A stretch of DNA of 64,000 nucleotides from Acidobacteriota bacterium (GTDB taxonomy: Bacteria; Acidobacteriota; Terriglobia; Terriglobales; SCQP01), in assembly GCA_027459505.1 (NCBI GenBank), contig DAIDIE010000019.1, positions 49,645 through 113,644 on the forward strand, written 5' to 3'. The notes beneath the pieces are model-generated. The model was given only the letters and a program-made list of their open reading frames with translations, was not told where the DNA came from and searched no databases. Positions within the stretch are counted from its first letter, which is position 1; the number at the start of each line of letters is the position of its first letter. Shown here piece by piece: positions 1 to 9,335 of this stretch. Both the position numbers and the translations under genes were made by a program.

Positions 1-658
1 ACGTATTCACGCCGGTGGAAATCAGGATGAGTATCTTGCGCCCCTTGAGTTCCGACATGCGGTCCAGCGTGCTGGAAAGCGAATCGTACAAATCGCCCTC
101 GCTCATACCGGGGATCTGCAGTTGGTTGATGGCGTATTGAATGCGGCGTGGATCATGCGTAAAATCCACCGCAATGCGTGGGTTGAGGTCGTAGGTCACC
201 AGCGCCACCCAGTCTTGCGGCTGCATCTCCTGGGTGAAGTAGTAGCTTGCCTGCATCGTCTGGTAGATGAATTGCCACCATTGAGCGCGGTCCTCAACCA
301 GCATCACCGCGGTAATGGGCGCCTTGTCGGTGTACTCGATCCGCTGAATCGTCTGCAGCTTTCCGTTTTCCCACAGCTTAAAGTTGGCCGCCTGCAAATG
401 ACGGATGAACTGGCCGCCTTTGGTGATCACCGTAACGGGAATCTGCACCTCCCGCACGTTTTGCCGGAACACGTACTGGGGCGGCGCGGGTGTTGGCGTC
501 GGGGCGGGGACGGGAGCGCTGGGCTGCTGCTGCGGTTGTTTAGGGATGACGATCGGCCCGCTACTTCCCGTTGGCCCCCCCGCCTGCGCAAACGCCAATC
601 CACCGGTGAAAGCGGCGCAAAGCCCCGCTCCGAGTAAACACCGAAACGCGATTTTCAT
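1..658 (-). CDS. VWA-domain protein (acidobacterial VWFA-related), 3' end runs off the window
   Basis: Not in the ORF track. Manual translation from CAT at 656-658 gives MKIAFRCLLGAGLCAAFTGGLAFAQ (signal peptide), a Pro/Gln linker, then VQIPVTVITKGGQFIRHLQAANFKLWENGKLQTI...GRKILILISTG, typical of this family. Confidence 0.8.
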   Translation of the reverse strand, partial: MKIAFRCLLGAGLCAAFTGGLAFAQAGGPTGSSGPIVIPKQPQQQPSAPVPAPTPTPAPPQYVFRQNVREVQIPVTVITKGGQFIRHLQAANFKLWENGKLQTIQRIEYTDKAPITAVMLVEDRAQWWQFIYQTMQASYYFTQEMQPQDWVALVTYDLNPRIAVDFTHDPRRIQYAINQLQIPGMSEGDLYDSLSSTLDRMSELKGRKILILISTGVNT

Positions 659-804
659 AAGCTAGTCCGCAAGCCCTTGTGCAGCGGAGACCTTCCCCAC
701 TACTTCCTCATGCTAATACAGAGATGTCCGTAAAGCAGCGCTGGTTACCGCCGGTGCCTGCCAGCGCTCCCCTTCCGGCCGGGAGGGGTGGTTATGGGGA
801 AGAC

Positions 805-881
805 GGCTCTCGCCGGAGAAGGCGCATTTGACCCGCTCTGAAGCAATGCCGGCGGACGGTCAGCAGACGAGGCCGTGCCTC
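805..881 (+). repeat. Degenerate 3' part of dispersed structured repeat (subtype B)
   Basis: Ends in AGACGAGGCCGTGCCTC, identical to the 3' end of the copies at 4351-4456 and 53365-53544. Upstream GGCTCTCGCCGGAGAAGGCG resembles GGTCTCACCGCAGAACGCG of the 59455 copy. Confidence 0.55.
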
Positions 882-898
882 AATCCAGTGCCGTCACA

Positions 899-1582
899 TC
901 AGAGCTCTTTCAACGCCATCTCTGCCTCCCGCCATTGCGGGAAGCGCCGCTCCTCGGCCTGGAACTCGGGAGAGTGCACGCAGCGCCGCGATCCCTTCAT
1001 CCGCACAGGGAATTTCAAGTGCAGCATCTCGTGGTACAGCACGTACTCCAATAAAAAGCGCGGAACGCGGTTGGAATCAAATACGCGACTGATCAGAATC
1101 GTGTTGTGGGCGGCATCGTAGTGCCCTAACATGCGGCGCGCGACCGCCGGCCCCCAAGTCAGTACCGGGCGCGCGAGCAGGCCATGAAAGTAGCGCTGGT
1201 TGAGCTCTTCGAAGATCTCTTCCAGGTGGTGGACCTTGCCTTGTGGCGAAGAGATTTGTTTGCGGCCACGCATCGCACGGATGGTTTGGGTACGGGCCAC
1301 GATCTCAGGACGCCCGGCAAAGCGCCGGTAGCGGGCGTTGTAAAGCTCCGGCACCGGCAAGCGAAACAGCTTCCGTAACAAAATCTGCGCCAGGGCCTCA
1401 AGAACCGGCTCGGGCGCGGCCTCCAGAAGATCGCTCAAGCGCACCAGAATGCGGCCTTGGCGCAGCCGGATGGTGCTGTTGAGGTGAACGAAAGGAAAAA
1501 AGGACACTTCCAGTTCAGGAAGCGGCGTGCGAGGCTTAAGTTCACGGAATACAGCCAGAAACGTAGGATTCAGATCACGCAT
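899..1582 (-). CDS. SprT-like / YgjP-type zinc metallopeptidase
   Basis: HEMLH zinc-binding motif, LGHYD segment and HSPEF C-terminal motif. Confidence 0.8.
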   Translation of the reverse strand: MRDLNPTFLAVFRELKPRTPLPELEVSFFPFVHLNSTIRLRQGRILVRLSDLLEAAPEPVLEALAQILLRKLFRLPVPELYNARYRRFAGRPEIVARTQTIRAMRGRKQISSPQGKVHHLEEIFEELNQRYFHGLLARPVLTWGPAVARRMLGHYDAAHNTILISRVFDSNRVPRFLLEYVLYHEMLHLKFPVRMKGSRRCVHSPEFQAEERRFPQWREAEMALKEL

Positions 1583-1639
1583 GGAACGGCACGCTCACCC
1601 CCCGCCAGCACCTGTCCGGCGAGAAGGACAGCGACTACG

Positions 1640-2212
1640 TTACCAGAACTTGTGGCGGGAATGCTTCTTTTTGGCCAATGCTTTTTGGCGGCTGACGTTG
1701 AGTGCGTGTTGGGCGTCGTCGATGACCCCCTTGGTGGCGTCCACAGCATCATCCAGATCGTACTTGTAGTGCGATAACGTTGCCGCATTCATGTGCGTTC
1801 GCAACTGCAGGAGTTGTTGCAGGGCGCTCTGCTCTCCGCTCAGCGTGGCTTGCGAAAGCTTGCCGATTTTGGGAGGTGCGCCCATTTCTCCGGTTCTGTA
1901 GCCTCCCGCCAATTCATTTAAATTGTCATCAAGTTCGTTGGTGATCTCCGAGTACTGCCGCAGCAACCCGTAGAGTTCGTGAACATTCGGATCGGGAAGC
2001 TGCAGCCCTGAGCGGAAGCGCTGCAGACGATCCATAGCGAACGACATCAGTAGCTCCATCCGCTTTTTCGGGTTGATGGACGCGGAACGAACCTGATCGG
2101 CCTCGCTGCTCGTCAGCGGATCGTTGATCGTCTGAGCCCAAAGGCTCACACCCAAAGCAGAGAGGCTGAACAGCACAACGGCAACTCGAGTGCAGTTCCA
2201 TTGACGTCCCAT
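1640..2212 (-). CDS. Hypothetical secreted helical protein
   Basis: Signal peptide (VAVVLFSLSALGVSLWA); co-oriented and closely spaced with neighbours. Confidence 0.7.
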   Translation of the reverse strand: MGRQWNCTRVAVVLFSLSALGVSLWAQTINDPLTSSEADQVRSASINPKKRMELLMSFAMDRLQRFRSGLQLPDPNVHELYGLLRQYSEITNELDDNLNELAGGYRTGEMGAPPKIGKLSQATLSGEQSALQQLLQLRTHMNAATLSHYKYDLDDAVDATKGVIDDAQHALNVSRQKALAKKKHSRHKFW

Positions 2213-2223
2213 GGCTTATCCGG

Positions 2224-2787
2224 TCATCGCCCCCCTTGCGGGTTGGGGCTAAACGTGGCCTCTTGCAGCGCGTTCCGCCGTAGCTCACGCTTGGAACTAA
2301 ACATCAGCCGCAGCATCCGGTCCCGTAAGGCGTTTACGTAGTGATCGGCCGCTTGCAACGGCGGCCGGTCCTGCCGTTCGGCTTCTCGCGCCAGCGCCCG
2401 AAGCCCCGCATCCAGTTTGCGGAATTGCAGTTCCACTTTCTTCAGCCCCGACTTCTTGCCGTGTTCGGCATCGCTTTGCAGAACCTGCATGGCATCCGAG
2501 GCATGTTGGCTAAGCTGCCACAGGTCGTGGGAAGCCTGCCGGTAGTGGGCTCCCTGAAAGTTATTCTGCAACTGCTCCAGGTCCAAATTGGCCAATTCCG
2601 CGAACAGCGTCGCCTGCTTCTTTCCTGACGCGTGCTGGGCCTGCGCTAACAGGCGCGCGTAACCGTCTTGCTGGGCATAAAGCGGAAAACAAAACCCCGC
2701 CGCGACAATGCCCGCCATTACCCACCGCCCCCACTTCCTGCCCCGTTCCATCGCGAGTACCTCCGCGAAGCGCATCCGCCGCCTCAC
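2224..2787 (-). CDS. Hypothetical secreted helical protein
   Basis: Signal-like segment (WVMAGIVAAGFCFPLYA); operon-like spacing; start uncertain. Confidence 0.65.
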   Translation of the reverse strand: MRRRMRFAEVLAMERGRKWGRWVMAGIVAAGFCFPLYAQQDGYARLLAQAQHASGKKQATLFAELANLDLEQLQNNFQGAHYRQASHDLWQLSQHASDAMQVLQSDAEHGKKSGLKKVELQFRKLDAGLRALAREAERQDRPPLQAADHYVNALRDRMLRLMFSSKRELRRNALQEATFSPNPQGGR

Positions 2788-2811
2788 GCAGGTCTGTTGC
2801 CCGTGCGGCGG

Positions 2812-4134
2812 CTAACGTCTCTTTGGATGCAGAACGAGCTGTATGTAGATCAGTCGATGGCGAGCTTTAAAGTCATCGTCTGGATCGCGGTTCCGATCCA
2901 ACTTGAGAAACGTTTCATAGGCCTGCTGAGCGGGAATGTACTGCTGCAAGGTATCGAAGTCAACCGCCTGCAGGAAGGCTGCGCCCGCGTCCTGTGCGGC
3001 GGATTGCGGCGCAAGTCGTTGATAACGCTGCAATGCGCCCAGGCTGGTTTGAGGATCGTGACCTTTGTAGGCGGCAAAGGCTAAATTGCGCCAGGCCAGG
3101 GCATCACCAGCGTCCAGGTGCGTTGCTGTTTCCAGTTCGCTGCGTGCCGACAGAAATTCCTTGTTGCGCAGCAGGCAATCGCCGAGTGCGGCATGCCACT
3201 GCGCGGCGTTGGGCTGCTTGCGCGTCAGGACGCGGTAGTTGGCGCAGGCCTGCGTGTAAGCGCCATTGTCCATCTGCAGTTGGGCAAGGTCAGCACGATT
3301 GGAGTCCGAATCCGGCTGCAGCGCCAGCGCTTGTGCCAAATCCACCGCCGCCGAGCGCTTATCGCCCGCGGCCAGGGCGTGACTGGCCAACTGCCGATGA
3401 ATCTCGGCCGCTTCCGACGGAGTTACCACTGGAGCATTGTCAATAATCTGTCGTGCCGCAGTGTCCTTCTTTTCGTGCAGCAGGACTTCTGCGAGCAGGA
3501 ATGTATAGCGCTGCCGATTTGAGGCGGTCAGGCCCGGTTGCGCCAGCACCCAGTCCAAAGTCCTCTCAGCGCTGGCCCACTGGCGGCACTCATGGGCGGT
3601 AGTCACCAGCGCCTCAACCGTTTGTGGCACTTGGGGTGCGAGCCGGACCGCACACTCAAAAGCGGCTACCGCCCCCGTCCGGTCTCCTGTGGCGCGCAGC
3701 GCTGTGCCCAGGTTCATTTGTGCCCGTATGCTGCTCGGCTTAGCCTGCACCGCTGCGCGCAGGTGAGGAACGGCTTCCGCCGCCTGCCCATCCTGCAGCA
3801 GGAGGACTCCGTAGTTCAACTGGGCCGAAAAGTTCTGTGGCGCAGCCGAAATGCCGGCCTTGTAGTCGTTCAGCGCACGGCGGCGTTCTCCCAGCCCGCC
3901 CTCTGCGAAAGCCAGTAACAGATGGCCCGAAGCGTCGTTCGGGTGTTGCTGCACGTAGGGCTGCAACACGTCTTCTGCAAGCTTGAACTTGCCTTCACCG
4001 AGCAGTGTCTGAGCATTTTCCAGTACGCCGCTATCAGCCCGGCTGGCGGTGGGAGCCTCTGGATGCGCCGGCTGCTTTGCTGTCTTTTGTGGGACGGCGA
4101 CAAGCCAGAGTCCGAAAAGAAAGGTGAAAACCAT
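2812..4134 (-). CDS. Tetratricopeptide repeat protein, secreted
   Basis: Multiple TPR-like units (AQLNYGVLLLQDGQAAEAVPHLRAAVQAKP). The ORF extends to 4215, but the ATG at 4134 directly precedes the hydrophobic signal. Confidence 0.8.
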   Translation of the reverse strand: MVFTFLFGLWLVAVPQKTAKQPAHPEAPTASRADSGVLENAQTLLGEGKFKLAEDVLQPYVQQHPNDASGHLLLAFAEGGLGERRRALNDYKAGISAAPQNFSAQLNYGVLLLQDGQAAEAVPHLRAAVQAKPSSIRAQMNLGTALRATGDRTGAVAAFECAVRLAPQVPQTVEALVTTAHECRQWASAERTLDWVLAQPGLTASNRQRYTFLLAEVLLHEKKDTAARQIIDNAPVVTPSEAAEIHRQLASHALAAGDKRSAAVDLAQALALQPDSDSNRADLAQLQMDNGAYTQACANYRVLTRKQPNAAQWHAALGDCLLRNKEFLSARSELETATHLDAGDALAWRNLAFAAYKGHDPQTSLGALQRYQRLAPQSAAQDAGAAFLQAVDFDTLQQYIPAQQAYETFLKLDRNRDPDDDFKARHRLIYIQLVLHPKRR

Positions 4135-4323
4135 GTGCGACCCCATTGTAGCTAGTCCCCCCGGGAGCGAGCCACCGATGCGCGGCCCGGCCGGTTCACG
4201 TCCTGGCCGCTTCACGTCCGGAAAACCTGCCGGCGATCCGCCAAAGCAATATCAGTAGGCGGCTCAAGAGCGAGGCCGGGCCTCCCCCGTCGTCACTCCT
4301 GCACGCGCGATAATGAACTCACA

Positions 4324-5922
4324 ATGGACAAAGCCCGCGACAAACACAATGAGCGAGCCGCCGAGCCCTCCCCTTGGGAGAGATCGCCGGAGGGGAGATC
4401 CAGTGGACGGCCCCAAAGCTCCGAAGCGCGACCAGAAGGAGACGAGGCCGTGCCTCCCTCCGCCACCCCTCACATGACGCCGGAAGAATTCCGGCGTTAT
4501 GGCTATGCCGTAGTGGACTGGCTAGCCAACTACCAGCGGCGCGTCGAGAGCTTTCCAGTCCTCAGTCAGGCGGCGCCTAACAGCACGCGTGCCCTGCTGC
4601 CGGCCGAGGCTCCCCAACAAGGGGAACCCTTCGAACTCATCCTGGCTGACGTAGAACGCATCATCCTTCCCGGCCTGACGCACTGGCAGTCGCCTAACTT
4701 CTTCGCCTACTTCCCGGCCAACAGCTCCGGACCCTCCGTGCTGGGTGACCTGCTTTCTTCGGGACTCGGAATTCAGGGAATGCTATGGGCGACCAGCCCG
4801 GCAGCCACCGAATTGGAGACCCATGTTTTAGATTGGCTGGTGGACATGCTCGATTTGCCGCGCGGCTTTCTCTCCAGCGGAAGCGGCGGTGGGGTGATTC
4901 AGGATTCCGCATCCAGCGCCGCCCTATGCGCGATCCTCGCGGCCCGCGAACGAGCCACCGAAGGCGCCACCAATCGGTCCGGCGTCAACCAGCAGCAACA
5001 GCTTTTGGCGTACTGCTCTAGCCAGGCACACTCCTCAATAGAAAAAGGTCTTCGCGTGGCCGGCATTGGCAGCGCCAACCTTCGGCTCGTAGAAGTCGAT
5101 GAGACGTTCGCTCTGCGCCCGGATGCGCTTCGCGCTCAGATGGAAGAGGACCGTCGCGGTGGCGCAACGCCCTTCTTTGTTGCAGCCACTGCCGGTACGA
5201 CCTCCTCCAATGCCATGGACCCACTCGACCGGATCGGGCGCGTCTGCAATGAGTTCGGTGCCTGGCTTCACGTCGATGCCGCTATGAGCGGTACCGCTGC
5301 GCTTTGCCCCGAGCTTCGCTTCATCCATAAGGGTTTGGACTATGCCGACAGCTACTGCTTTGACCCGCACAAGTGGATGTTCACCAATTTTGATTGCACT
5401 GCCTTCTACGTGCGGGAACGGCAGCGCCTGATTTCCGCCCTGACGATCATTCCCGAATACCTGCGCAACCAGGCCAGCGAATCAGGAGCAGTTTGGGATT
5501 ACCGCGATTGGCACGTACCGCTGGGGCGCCGCTTTCGTGCGCTGAAACTGTGGTTTGTCATCCGCCATTTCGGGGTGGAGGGTCTACGCCAATATGTCCG
5601 GCGACACGTGGCCTGGGGGCGGCAGTTTGCCGGCTGGGTTCGCGACGATCGTCATTTCCAGCTCATGGCGCCGGCGCCACTTAACCTGGTCTGCTTCCGG
5701 CACGTGGGCCCGGACGACTTCAATGCGGAGTTGTTGCGGCGCATCAACCAGACCGGGCGGGCCTACCTGACTCACACCCGCCTGAGCGGCGCCTTTACCC
5801 TGCGCTTCTGTGTGGGGCAGACCAATACCGAGCTACGGCACGTGGAAGCCGCCTGGTTGCTCATTCAACAAACGGCGGCGCAGATGCGGCTGGAAGCGGC
5901 AGGGCACAACAGCCCAATCTAG
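4324..5922 (+). CDS. Aromatic L-amino-acid decarboxylase (group II PLP-dependent)
   Basis: MTPEEFRRYG, THWQSPNFFAYFP, HVDAA, PHKW (PLP lysine) and PLGRRFRALKLW motifs. Alternative start at ATG 4474. Confidence 0.9.
   Translation: MDKARDKHNERAAEPSPWERSPEGRSSGRPQSSEARPEGDEAVPPSATPHMTPEEFRRYGYAVVDWLANYQRRVESFPVLSQAAPNSTRALLPAEAPQQGEPFELILADVERIILPGLTHWQSPNFFAYFPANSSGPSVLGDLLSSGLGIQGMLWATSPAATELETHVLDWLVDMLDLPRGFLSSGSGGGVIQDSASSAALCAILAARERATEGATNRSGVNQQQQLLAYCSSQAHSSIEKGLRVAGIGSANLRLVEVDETFALRPDALRAQMEEDRRGGATPFFVAATAGTTSSNAMDPLDRIGRVCNEFGAWLHVDAAMSGTAALCPELRFIHKGLDYADSYCFDPHKWMFTNFDCTAFYVRERQRLISALTIIPEYLRNQASESGAVWDYRDWHVPLGRRFRALKLWFVIRHFGVEGLRQYVRRHVAWGRQFAGWVRDDRHFQLMAPAPLNLVCFRHVGPDDFNAELLRRINQTGRAYLTHTRLSGAFTLRFCVGQTNTELRHVEAAWLLIQQTAAQMRLEAAGHNSPI
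4351..4456 (+). repeat. Dispersed structured repeat, short subtype B copy inside the 5' end of the decarboxylase ORF
   Basis: Starts GAGCGAGCCGCCGAGCCCTCCCCTTGGGAGAGATCGC and ends GAAGGAGACGAGGCCGTGCCTC. Both ends match the 53365-53544 (minus) and 59455-59655 copies, with a shortened interior. Confidence 0.75.
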
Positions 5923-6024
5923 CGCGGTGGCAGCAGGATGCGGGTGGGCCTGCACCGGCAAGGCCGAGGCCCTTGGGAAACTGTCACGCGATCATCGATC
6001 AGATCCGCGCTACGGCGCTTACTC

Positions 6025-9000
6025 CTACCGCCTTCCCTCCGCGGAGTGCGCCTCGCTGAACTTCCTGTCCTGCTTCAGCACTCGTGCCAGGTAGCGTCCG
6101 GTGAGGCTCTGTTTGCAGGCGGCGATCTGTTCCGGGGTTCCCGCCGCGACCAGCGTTCCACCTCCCGCGCCCGCTTCCGGACCGAGATCCACAATCCAAT
6201 CGGCCGCTTTGATCAGATCCAGATTGTGTTCAATCACCAGCACCGAGCCTCCGGCGTCGATCAGGCGGTGCAACGCGGCCAGCAGTTTCTTGATGTCGTC
6301 GAAGTGCAATCCGGTGGTGGGCTCGTCCAATAGGAAGAGCGTATTCGTCACCGATTCGGGAGACGCCAGATGCGCCGCCAGCTTGATCCGCTGCGCCTCG
6401 CCCCCGGATAACGTGGTGGCCGATTGTCCCAGCCGCAGATATCCCAGCCCGACTTCGTCCAGAACATGCAGCGGCTTCACGACCTTATTGTGGCCTGCGA
6501 AAAACGCCATCGCTTCATGAACGGTGAGCTGCAGAACTTCGTGGATATTCTTGCCCCGGAATGGCACATCCAGGATGCGGGATTGGAAACGCGTCCCACG
6601 GCAGTCCTCGCAGGGCAGTTCCACGTCGGCGAGAAACTGCATTTCCACGGTGACCACGCCTTCGCCCTGGCAGGTTTCGCAGCGGCCGCCGGCGACGTTG
6701 AACGAGAAGTGTCCAGCGGTTAACCCTTGACGGCGCGCTTCCGGGGTCGCGGCAAAGAGGGCGCGAATGGCGTCAAACGCTTTAACGTAGGTGACCGGAT
6801 TGGAGCGTGGCGTACGCCCAATCGGGCTCTGGTCCACCAGCACCAGATCAGAGACCTGATGCGCTCCTTCAATCGCCCGGCATGTTTCCAGCGTGGTAAA
6901 CGGATTGAGGCGCAGCGCCTCCAGCCCTTCGTAGAGGACCTGATGGACTAATGTGCTCTTGCCCGAGCCGGAGACGCCGGTCACCGCAACCAATAGCCCC
7001 AAGGGAATCTCCACGGTGAGGTCGCGGAGGTTGTGCATGCGGGCTTCCACAACGCGCAATTTGTGCGTACCCGGCTTTCGCCGTGTCCGTGGCAATGGCA
7101 CGTGGGCTTCCCCGGCCAGATAGCGCCCAGTGAGCGACTGCGAATCGCGCTGCACCTCTTCCGGCGTTCCCGCCGAAACCAGCTCACCCCCATGTTCGCC
7201 CGCCTGCGGTCCCATATCGAGCAGGCGGTCGGCGGCGCGAATGACGTCGGGATCGTGTTCGACGACAACAATGGTGTTTCCCAGATCGCGCAGGTCGCGC
7301 AGGATGTCGATCAGCCGGTGCGTGTCACGTGTATGCAGCCCAATCGAAGGCTCGTCCAGGACGTAGAGCGCTCCCACCAGGTGCGAACCAAGGCAAGTCG
7401 CCAATTGAATGCGCTGCGATTCACCGCCTGACAGTGTTGAAGCCAGCCGGTCCAGCGTGAGGTACTCCAGTCCCACCTTGGCCAGGAAATGCAGGCGGCT
7501 CCGGATTTCCAGCAGGATCAGCTCGGCAATTCCGGCTTCAGCCGGAGAAAGCTCCAACCGGTCGAAAAGCCGCAGTGCATCTCCGATCGTCAGACTGCAG
7601 ACATCCCGGATGTTGCGTACTTCGATGCCGGAAACTGGAACTTCACTCTGCCGGGCCTGGCGGGGCTCTTGGGTGGCGCCGTTCCGTGTGCCTGAAGCCC
7701 CGGGCGTGGCGTTGCCACTGGTGGCGGCCTCCGCCGTGCGTTCACGCAGGTAAACCTGAAGGGCCTCCTGGCGCAGCCGTCCGCCACGGCACTCCGGGCA
7801 AAGTGCGTATCCGCGGTAACGGCTGAGGAAAACGCGGACATGCAGCTTGTACTTTTTGTGCTCCAGCGCCGCAAAAAATCCGTCGATGCCGCCAAAACGT
7901 CCGCTGCCGTGCAGAATCAGGTCGCGCTGCTCCTGCCGTAAATCCTGCCAGGGCCGGTCCCACGCGATGGCTTCGCTCTGACAAAAGCGCTTGAGATCAG
8001 CGGCCCAGCCCCGGAAGCGCGGCTTGGTCCAGGGCTCGATCGCGCCCTGCGCCAGCGTCTTGCGCGGGTCGGGCACGATTTTGTGGATATCAAAATCGAT
8101 GGTGTTACCAAAACCCTGGCAACGCGGACAGGCGCCAAACGGATTGTTGAACGAAAACAGCCGGGGCTCGGGTGGCTCAAAGCCGCGGCCACATTGTTTG
8201 CATTCAAAGCGCTCGTGAAAGCGCAAAGCCTGAAAGCGGCTGGAGGCCGCCTCCTGCGCGTCGTCAGTGGGAAACTCCAGTCTCGCTTCACCGCTTTCAC
8301 GATAGGCGGTTTCAATGGCGTCCACCACACGGCCGCGCGATTCGGCTTCCAGGCTAAGCCGGTCCGCCACGACATAGACCGGAGCGGAAAAATCCAGGTT
8401 CAGCAGCGACTCGGGAGTGGAGAACTCCACCATGGCGCCCGCCTGATAGAGGCGGGGAAAACCTTTTGCCCGCAACTCCTGCAGACGGTTTTGCAATGCC
8501 AGTTGGGCGTCAGTCGCTGCCGCTTTCACCCGCGCCTTGCTGGCGCGAGGCCGCTTTGGGGCGGGCGCTTCCCCATCGCTTGGCAATCCATGAGCGCTAC
8601 CGGCAGGGAACAGCGGAAACAGCACATAGGCCCGCATGCCGGAGCGCGTGCGTAGAAGCTGATCCGCCGCCTGATCAACGGTGTCGCGCTCGATCCACAA
8701 GCCGCATTCCGGGCAGCGCGTGTGGCCAATGCGCGCAAACAGCAGCCGCAGGTAGTCGTAAATTTCCGTGGCCGTGCCCACGGTGGAGCGTGGATTCCGG
8801 GTACTGTTCTTCTGCCGGATCGCGATGGCGGGCGCTACGCCGTCAATGCTGTCCACGGCGGGCTTTTCCATGCGCTCCAAAAACTGCCGGGCGTAGGCGG
8901 AGAGCGACTCCACGTAGCGCCGCTGGCCCTCCGCGTAGAGCGTGTCAAATGCGAGGCTGCTCTTGCCGGAGCCGGAAACGCCGGTGATCACCGTCAAGCC

Positions 9001-9078
9001 GTTGATCGGCAAATCGCAGTCCACCCCTTTCAGGTTGTGAACGCGAGCCCCGCGGATTTGAATCTGCTCTCCACTCAT
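6025..9078 (-). CDS. uvrA: Excinuclease ABC subunit A
   Basis: Two ABC ATPase modules (GVSGSGKS twice, LSGGE signatures, LDEP) and zinc fingers. Start placed at MSGEQIQIRGAR. Confidence 0.95.
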   Translation of the reverse strand: MSGEQIQIRGARVHNLKGVDCDLPINGLTVITGVSGSGKSSLAFDTLYAEGQRRYVESLSAYARQFLERMEKPAVDSIDGVAPAIAIRQKNSTRNPRSTVGTATEIYDYLRLLFARIGHTRCPECGLWIERDTVDQAADQLLRTRSGMRAYVLFPLFPAGSAHGLPSDGEAPAPKRPRASKARVKAAATDAQLALQNRLQELRAKGFPRLYQAGAMVEFSTPESLLNLDFSAPVYVVADRLSLEAESRGRVVDAIETAYRESGEARLEFPTDDAQEAASSRFQALRFHERFECKQCGRGFEPPEPRLFSFNNPFGACPRCQGFGNTIDFDIHKIVPDPRKTLAQGAIEPWTKPRFRGWAADLKRFCQSEAIAWDRPWQDLRQEQRDLILHGSGRFGGIDGFFAALEHKKYKLHVRVFLSRYRGYALCPECRGGRLRQEALQVYLRERTAEAATSGNATPGASGTRNGATQEPRQARQSEVPVSGIEVRNIRDVCSLTIGDALRLFDRLELSPAEAGIAELILLEIRSRLHFLAKVGLEYLTLDRLASTLSGGESQRIQLATCLGSHLVGALYVLDEPSIGLHTRDTHRLIDILRDLRDLGNTIVVVEHDPDVIRAADRLLDMGPQAGEHGGELVSAGTPEEVQRDSQSLTGRYLAGEAHVPLPRTRRKPGTHKLRVVEARMHNLRDLTVEIPLGLLVAVTGVSGSGKSTLVHQVLYEGLEALRLNPFTTLETCRAIEGAHQVSDLVLVDQSPIGRTPRSNPVTYVKAFDAIRALFAATPEARRQGLTAGHFSFNVAGGRCETCQGEGVVTVEMQFLADVELPCEDCRGTRFQSRILDVPFRGKNIHEVLQLTVHEAMAFFAGHNKVVKPLHVLDEVGLGYLRLGQSATTLSGGEAQRIKLAAHLASPESVTNTLFLLDEPTTGLHFDDIKKLLAALHRLIDAGGSVLVIEHNLDLIKAADWIVDLGPEAGAGGGTLVAAGTPEQIAACKQSLTGRYLARVLKQDRKFSEAHSAEGRR

Positions 9079-9235
9079 GAGCGCCACACAGCGGCCATTT
9101 CCGTGTGCATGGAAACCTCCATTATAAATCCGCCCGGCGGCTGACCCCGGTGTCAGCTCCGCTACGGCCTCGCCATACCGCCTCGCCAACCCCACCTGCG
9201 CCCAAGGAGCCGTCGCCGGAGTTTAAAACCACCGC

Positions 9236-9280
9236 TGTCGAGAGGCCGTGCGCGCCCGATCGCCCCTACGCCTCTCGACA
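9236..9280. other. Inverted repeat in the uvrA / beta-CASP divergent intergenic region
   Basis: TGTCGAGAGGC (9236-9246) and GCCTCTCGACA (9270-9280) are perfect 11-bp complements; function unknown. Confidence 0.5.
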
Positions 9281-9335
9281 AGTTCACCGGGCTGCGCGCG
9301 AACCGTCTCGCTGCCGGCGTGCTACTCTCCCCGGT

